64,000 nucleotides of DNA from Eledone cirrhosa (taxonomy: Eukaryota), in contig OZ024745.1 in assembly GCA_964016885.1 (NCBI GenBank), positions 84,010,001-84,074,000 on the forward strand, written 5' to 3'. The position numbers and the translations under genes are program-made. The notes under the pieces were generated by a model that saw nothing but the letters and a program-made list of their open reading frames with translations, ran no database searches and was not told the DNA's origin. Positions 56,575 to 64,000 of this stretch are shown here, piece by piece. The first letter of the stretch is position 1; each line of letters opens with the position of its first letter.

Positions 56575-59500
56575 CTACAGAACAATGTAGAGAGAAGGCC
56601 CATTTACACGGGCCATTCTCGCTTCTTTCACCCACCTTTCATAAAACTGTCTGGGACCAAGCACTTCTCTCTCCATCCTGATTCTTCTTCCGAAGTGGTA
56701 TCGGAAGAAGTAAACCAGGTGATGGCCGGAGAGAAAGTCACCCGACCTCAGACCTTTCAGGCGCGTCCACCACACAACCTCTTTCATCATGGCTATTACG
56801 CACAGAAAGACCGCCTCTGCTTCATTTCTGAAGGGAGGAGGCGGCTTGATGTTCACCACAGACTCGGCGGTTAATCGAATCGGCGCCACACGCAACAGCA
56901 GTCGTTCGACGTAGCCCCACAGATCGGCAACGCCCGGGCAGTGTACCAGTGCATGCGCAACGGTTTCCTCGTCGCGCACGCATCTGGGACAGATCTTTTT
57001 CGCGGGATCCCTGCCCGGGCGCCCGTGTCTGTAGAGCTTTTCTCGAACGGGCAGAGCCCCCCGGTAACACTGCCAGGCTAGGGACCTCTGGAAGTTGTCC
57101 ATGGGTCCCGGGCCGAAAGTTCTACCGAACAGGCTGGCCAGTTCGTCCTCCTCCATGCCTAGCGACTCTCCAAGGGTGTCGTCGCCCCTGCTAGCCACCA
57201 ACCCTCTATAGAATGTCGAGGTGGATTCTCCACTGACAGTCGGGTCCGCTTGCCAGATAGCCGTGAGCGCCTGGGCACACTCAGTGTGCCAGTTGCCCAG
57301 TTTTCTCGGTCTTTGCTTCACCCAGGATTGCAGTTCGGTGAGCGAGACGAGCTGTGGGAAGGCTCGCCTCACAAACGGGGCCCACACCGGCTGACCGTTG
57401 AGGAATACCTGTAGATGCCGTAGCCTCAATGCGTGCCTACGCATCAACAACCACGGAATACCCAGCCCTCCTTTCGAAGGGTGCTGGCAGCAGATGGATC
57501 TCCTCACCATGGGAGGCCGCTTCTTCCAGAGGAACTGGAAGAGCATGCGTTCCATGATGGTGAGCTTTTCCTTGGGGCAAGGCACGACGGTCAGGCGGTA
57601 GTAGATGACGGACGCTATGTAAGCGTTCGTCACCTCCGCCCGACCTTTCAGTGATAGTTTGCACTTGGCCCACTTCTGGGTCAGCGCAAACACCCTGCTC
57701 GTCACCTCGCCCCAATTCTTCTCCACCTGGAGGTCCGGTCCGAACCAGACCCCGAGCAGCTTCACCGGGCCCTCCGTCCACCGCCCGACGACACCGTCTA
57801 ACGGCATCGGTTTGCCCCTCCACGTTCCGAGTTGCAAACCGACTGACTTGTCCTGGTTCAGCTTAGCCCCCGTCAGCCTTTCGTATTCCTCCAGTAGGGT
57901 GGCGATCGCCCCGATTTCCGAGGCGTCCGCCACCATTACTGTTACGTCGTCGGCATAGGCCGAGACCGCTTTGTGCAATCCCGGTTCCAGGGGTATGCCC
58001 CGCAGCAACTCCAACTTCCGCAGCAGTGGCTCGAGAGTCAATACGTACAGAAGGGAGGAGAGGGGGCACCCCTGTCTGATGGATCGGGTGATTTGAAACG
58101 GCTCCGAGAGGTAGCCGTTTACTTTAATCCTAGAGTAGATGTTGCCACTGTGCATGGCAGAAATCCAGCCCCTGAAAACGGGTCCGAAGCCCGCCGCCGC
58201 TAGCACCGCATCCAGGTAACCATGGTCGACCCTATCGAACGCCTTAGATTGATCCAAGTTGATCAGGGCCCCACCAAAGCCGGGTTCGTAGCCAACCCTC
58301 TCTATGATGTATCGCATGAGGTGGAGGTTGTCGTGAATGGACCTGGACGGGATAGCGCATGTCTGCGCGTCTCCCACCAAACCACCCACCACAAGCGCCA
58401 ACCTCTTCGCCAACACCTTGGCAAAATCTGTAACTCTGCATTCAGCAGAGTTATGGGCCTAAAGTTACTTAAGTCGTCCCCCTTGCTCTCGTCCTTCCTC
58501 ACTAGCGTGACCACGCCCTTGGTCACAGAACAGGGAATTCTCCCGTTCTGTTGCCAGTTGCAATAGACAGCCTCGAGGAGTTCGGAGAACAAGACCGGCA
58601 TAGCTAAATAAAGTTCGTATGGTAGACCATCGAGACCCGGGGATTTGCGTCTGCTGCATTGGCTGAGCGCTTCCCCGATTTCAGTGGTTGTGATTGGCCC
58701 TTCGCAGCACTCCGCTTCGCCGCTCGAAAGACGCGGTAGACCGTCGAGGTATGGACCGAAGTCCACATCCCCGTCCGGCCCCCCGCCACCTCCGAACAGT
58801 CGAGCAAAGTGCCTTTGAAAGGTCTCGCACATTCGCTCAGGTTCAAGGATCACCCGTCCATCCTGGTCTCGCAAAGACCGAATGGTGGATTTAATCCCAC
58901 TCTTGGCTTCTGTCACGCGGGCCCAGCTAACAGCTTTGGTCCCCTCGTTTCCTAAAGCACGTATTTTACTTCGGACAACGCAGCCTTCGTGCTTCGCGTC
59001 AAAGAACTGGCTCAATGCCGTTCTCGTCGCTAACACTCTGGCTACGTCTCCGCTCCTAATCGCCTCTTCTAGTTTATCTGTTAACTCCCTTTTCCTCCTA
59101 TTTCTATTCGCCGCTAGTTCCTTACTGTAACCTATCGAACTTACTCTAATCTCTCTCTTTAGAGATATCCACCACCTACTGTTGACGATCGCTCCCGTCA
59201 ACCGCATCTTAACTAAGCTACTAATCCGGTTTCTGTAATCTTTCTTTGTCGGTAAGGACAAGTTCATCTTCCAGTAACCGGGACCCTGTCTATGCGTTCT
59301 ATCAAGGTTGACCACGCAGGTCACTAATTTGTGATCTGAATAGCCAACCATGATCAGTTCTGGACAACTAAATACGTCCCTATCCTTACTCCTAACCAAA
59401 AACCTATCTAGGTACGATCTAGATTGTCCACTGCGGTTTGCCCAGGTCCAGGTTGGCGCAGTTGGACAATCTAGTCGAAATCTATCGACCAGGTCGAATC

Positions 59501-60014
59501 GATCGAGTAACCCCTTGAGGCTGCTACACCCCCTCTATCGGGACATGCCCCTGCATAGTCCCAACGCGCATCTAGGATTCCATTCCAGTCCCCCACTAAA
59601 AGCAGGGAACGCGACGTTCCTAGAAAAGTCTCCAGACGCTGGAAGAAGTCGGCTCTTTCCGCCCCGAAGGGAGCATAAAGACCGACCAGTCTGAAAGCCC
59701 CGCCTTCACCGCCTCCGACGTCCAGCACCAGTAATCGACCCCCCGGGTCCGAGTGAACAATCTGTACGTCGAGAGTCAGACGTTTATCCAGCAGTACGGC
59801 AACTCCCCCCCCCCCCGCCTCCGGGTTGACAGAGAGATGCGTGCATCTCAAAGTCATCGAAGGCGGGCGCCAGCTGTCTCACGCTGCTGATCCGACTCTC
59901 GCAAACAACCATCACATCTATACTTTGTGACCTGAGGTCACTTAGAAGCTTTGCTTGCTTCCAAGCTGAGCCCAGGCCACGCGCGTTCAAACAGCCAACT
60001 CTCAATTGATCTAT
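56575..60014 (-). pseudogene. Copy A ORF2 (APE-RT-zf); ATA where other copies have ATG, about three frameshifts
   Basis: Fragments 59784-60005, 59471-59857, 58302-59399, 56575-58416 are colinear with copy B ORF2. Confidence 0.92.
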
Positions 60015-61837
60015 TTTGGTGTTGAAAGTGAAGAAAGAAAAGCACTTACCTCTCCGGGTTGCGTAATTTCCATGGCATCAGGTGTGTTGGGTGGAGGGAT
60101 GTTTTGTGGTGGTGTGGGGGTACACGTGTGTGGTGGGGTTGGGGTATTTGGAGTTGTGTCAGGGAGAGGGGCGGTTATGGGGAAATCTTTCAAGAGGACG
60201 CGATTCAACGGTTTTAAACAGGGGGGGCTCATGTCCCGTCTAAATTGTTCTTTTAAGGAACGATAAAGGTCCAGAGGGACCTTTATCATTTTTAAATGGG
60301 TGAAGTTCTCTGTCTGTTGAGATAAAGTTTGGCCCTTCGGTCTGCACCATAGGGTTATTGTTTATTAATTTAACCAGTTTTTTGTTTTCTTTATTTATAT
60401 ATGTGTATTGCAACGTCTTTTTTTGTGATGCTGTCAATGTTTCGGAGAGGGGAGGCGCAGATTTATTTTTGTTTGTTGAGGGTGGGGTGTTTTTGATTGG
60501 AGTTGGTGTTTGTGTGTGGGTTATTTGTGGTGTGCTGGGTGTGTGTTTTCTTGTTTTTCTTTTAACTTGTCTGAAGGCTTCTCCTCCTTCTTCTTCAGAA
60601 GTTGGGGGAAACTCTTCCGCGCTAGGTGGGAGGGACGTGTTGTGTGGTTGTTTTTTTTTTGCGGGAGGGGTAGATTTGTTACTGTTTTTTTTATTATTTG
60701 TTTGGAATGGGTTTTGTGGTGGTGGTGGTGGTAATGTTTGTGTCGTGCTTGTGGTTGGTGATGGTGGTGGTGATGTTTGTGTTGTGGTTGGTGGTGGTGA
60801 TTTTTGTGTCGTGCTTGTGTTTGGTGCTGGTGGTGGTGATGTTTGTGTTGTGTTTGTGGTTGGTGGTGTCTGTATTTTGTTTGCTGTGTATTTTTGGAGG
60901 TGGGTGGTGCTGGTGTACTGTTTGTGGTGGGTGTGGGCAATAGTCCTTTTTGGGGGATACGTTTCGGGCAGTTAGCCTTAACGTGTCCCCTTTCCATGCA
61001 TAAATAGCATGCTGGTCTTCTCCCCTCTACAATTATGTCTATTGGGGTAAGGTCATCCAGCCAGATGCGATCCGGGATTTGTGCTATTCTTTCGGGCCTC
61101 ATTTGGACTAGTATGTCGAGGCCCATTCCCAGGAACGCATCTCCAGTTGCCTTCCCCATTGACAGCATAGTGTCTTCGCCCATATCAATGAAGCCAGCAA
61201 TAGCCCACCAGAAGTCCATTGTGGGCAGCATTGTTTTTACTTTTACTCTCTGTGTTCTTCTACCCATGTAGGAGGGATAGAAGCTATATGTTGTCGACGA
61301 GAGTGGGCTTAGGGAAAGCTTCTCCGCCGTTTCTTTGTCTCTTGTTAGGACCGAAATGCTGCCATAGAGTTGGTCCTTTCGTATGAAGAGAATATTCTTC
61401 ATATAGTCTTTTAGGACTAACTCTATTTCCATTTGGCTGGGCTGTGCTGGCTTTCTTGTCTGGTTCAGTATAGTTCTGTATAGAACTGTGTTTTCTGCTC
61501 TGGCTTTCTTGAATTCTGGGGGGGAGTTAATGGAAAACATTCCGTTCTCCCCCAAAACAATGTGTTTCTTTGCTTCGGCCAGTTTTTCTCTGGCGGCAGT
61601 TAGGTCAATTGGTGTGTATGTAATGGATTGTTTTGTTTTCTGGGCGAAAGTTGCCCTGTTGTTATTTGTATTATTTTCTGTTTGTTTGTTTTCTGTTTGC
61701 TCATTTTCCTTAACATTTGTTTTTTCATTTTCTTTGTTTGTTTCATTGTCTAATTTTGTTGTAATTATTTTTTGTTCTTCAGACTTGGGGGGCGTGGCAG
61801 AGCTAATGGCAGACATGTCTGCCATCTTTTCCGCCAT
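60011..61837 (-). pseudogene. Copy A ORF1, frameshifted in the 3' part
   Basis: VEGRRPACYLCMERGHVKANCP; C-terminal YTYINKENKKL..TEG..LNRVLLK fragments. Confidence 0.88.
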
Positions 61838-62038
61838 GCTGCCAAGAAAGAAATTTTTCGGCAAAAATAGATATTTATTTTACCCCCTAAAAAGGGGGTA
61901 AATGCAAAAATATTTCCCTAAATAACAGGGGTTAGTGTTCCAAATGTGTTGCACTGAAAAATTTATCCGGTACTTACAATAGTAAGGGTAAATCCCGATG
62001 GAATAGCGGAGCCGATGTGAAGCGTGTCTTACTCTATC

Positions 62039-62040
<2 letters not shown>

Positions 62041-62070
<30 letters not shown>
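62041..62070. repeat. (GATA)n tract flanking the Tx1 stack; partner tract at 40754-40787
   Basis: Directly visible. Confidence 0.95.
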
Positions 62071-62182
62071 CAAAGACAGACACATGTGTACATCTTACAA
62101 TCTACATGATTTATTTCGCGTGTTATCTTATCGTTAACTCTAAATCAAACCACATTTCCCCCACTTCCACCCTTCCTTTTGT

Positions 62183-62548
62183 GAGTGTTGTTGATATTGG
62201 GGGCGCTGTTGTTGTTACTGCTTTTATTGCTGTTATGGCTGTTGTTGTTGTGGCTGTTGGTGTTGTGGTTGTAGGTGTTGCTGTTGTAGTTGCTGTAGTA
62301 ATGGTGGTTGTGGTTATCGTTGTCAGTGGTGGTGATAGTGTTATTTTTATTGCTGTTGTGGTTGCGGCTGTAGCAGTGGGTTTGTTGTTGTTGTGATTGT
62401 GGTTGTTGTTGGTGATGGTGGTTGTGATGATGTTGTTATTGTGTTTAAGTTGCTGTTGGGGTCGTGGTTGTAGTTGTGGTTGTGGTTGTGGTTGTGCTTG
62501 TTTTATCTTGGTGATGGTGGTGTTATTTTGGTGTTGTTTTTGTTGTTT
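62183..62548. repeat. Degenerate (GTT/GGT)n low-complexity tract
   Basis: Directly visible. Confidence 0.9.
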
Positions 62549-62919
62549 CAAATACATGAGTTTGTCTTTCTTGACGCCAGTCTTGGTGGAGAAGAAAGAG
62601 CACTAACCATTGTCAACAGACTATTGTCACTAATAAACAATACTTTCACAGTTGCGACTAACGTTAATGCAGAAGTTACAATATTCAGACCTTGTTTATT
62701 TATCACTATGTATTAAATAAACGTCGTTATTTAGCGGAGCAAGGGTCTTTTCTGGTTTTCCTTTCCTGCTATGCAGCTTTTATCGTTCACAACAGAAATG
62801 ACACTCTGACACGGCTACGTGTGTCTGTGCGGGTCTATGTGTGTGCGTTCGCGTTTATGTGAGGTGTGTGTGAGTGTATGTCCATGTGAGTGCGTGAAGG
62901 TTTGAATATTTTACTATCA

Positions 62920-63234
62920 CTGTCTTTCTTCGACTTTCACACCTTTTTTCTTTCTCTCTCTCTTCCTCTCTCTCCCCGTCTCTCTTCCTCTCTCATCCAT
63001 CTCTCTCTATATATTTCCTCTCTCTCTGTATTCTTGTCCCTTATGTTCTGTCTGTCTCTCTTTAACCCTTTACCTTCTCTCTCTTCCTCTCCCCCTCTCT
63101 CTCTCTCCCTATTCCCCCTCTCTCTGTATTCTTGCCCTTCATGTTCTGCCTGTCTCTCTTTATCCCTCTCACTTCTCTCCCTCTCTCTCACTTTCTCTCT
63201 CTCCCTTTCACCCTCATAGATCTCACTTCTTTTC

Positions 63235-63279
<45 letters not shown>

Positions 63280-63570
63280 TCTCACCCTCATACATCTCAC
63301 TTGTTTTCCAATAACTCTCTCCCGACTTGATGTATACATACATTCTTTCTCTATATTTATCTATCGCTATATCTGTCAATCTGTTTCTGTCTCTCTGTCT
63401 TGTATCTCTTTTACTTTCTCTCTCCTTCACTTTCACCCCCCCCCCCCCTTATTCTTTCCTCCAATCATTTAACTTCGTACCTCTCTATATCACCTAACAC
63501 ACACTTTCTCTGTACATTCTCTTTTTCACTGTCTTTTTCTTTCAGCATCTGATCGTATCTCACTCCCAAC

Positions 63571-63632
<62 letters not shown>

Positions 63633-63831
63633 TTCTCTCTTCCTCTCTCTCAATCTCTCTCTCATACACTCCCACACGCACATACACACGTTTATTCATT
63701 CTCCTCTACTTCTCACCTTCTCTCTCTCCCTCTATCTCTCCTCTCTCATTCTTTTCCTAGCTCTCCCTCTCTTTCTCTCTCATAGATTCTCTCTAGCCAC
63801 GTGCTTTTCTCTATTTCGTCTTGTTATTCTC

Positions 63832-63907
<76 letters not shown>

Positions 63908-63940
63908 GTATATATATACATCGCTCTTTCTCCCTCCCTT

Positions 63941-63982
<42 letters not shown>

Positions 63983-64000
63983 ACCTTCACCCTGTTCTCA
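62920..64000. repeat. CT-rich low-complexity region with (CT)n and (TA)n
   Basis: Directly visible. Confidence 0.9.

Larger units (their letters stand above)
56345..62040 (-). mobile_element. Tx1-clade copy A, full length, divergent subfamily
   Basis: Preceded on minus by (TCTA)7 at 62041-62070; 3' end ggcaAATAAAtagaa followed by atttatctctctatc. Confidence 0.93.

Noticed and set aside
58410-60665. Programmed frameshifting in copy A
   Set aside because: Shifts are 1-nt indels, several in homopolymers, not shared with other copies; decay or sequencing error is more likely.
41721-61901. Plus-strand ORFs antisense to the Tx1 ORFs
   Set aside because: Shadow ORFs of GC-rich coding sequence; their recurrence reflects element homology.

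Overview
Repeat-saturated, AT-rich eukaryotic window with no recognisable host gene and one 200-N gap (9037-9236). The SINE types and extreme (TA)n/(CA)n/(GA)n load suggest an octopus or other cephalopod genome (inference). Left two-thirds: microsatellites, two tRNA-derived SINE families, Helitron-like elements, a decayed R4/Dong-type RLE retrotransposon (9.3-13.0 kb, with a 5'-truncated copy at 39.5-40.4 kb, both ending in (TACA)n), Naiad-type Penelope-like elements, many fold-back cassettes in (TA)n (several with intact or decayed type I hammerhead ribozyme motifs), and a ~4.3 kb tandem array with tRNA-like cores. Right third (40.8-62.0 kb): a ~21 kb head-to-tail stack of four Tx1/L1-clade retrotransposons of at least three subfamilies, all on the minus strand inside one (GATA)n microsatellite. 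Most novel signal: in all four Tx1 copies ORF2 is bracketed by a consensus 5' splice donor at the ORF1 end and a pyrimidine tract plus AG at the ORF2 stop. ORF2 therefore looks like a removable intron that would yield an ORF1-only mRNA. This is a hypothesis from manual comparison and needs RNA or genomic confirmation. Boundaries were read by eye and may be off by a few bases.
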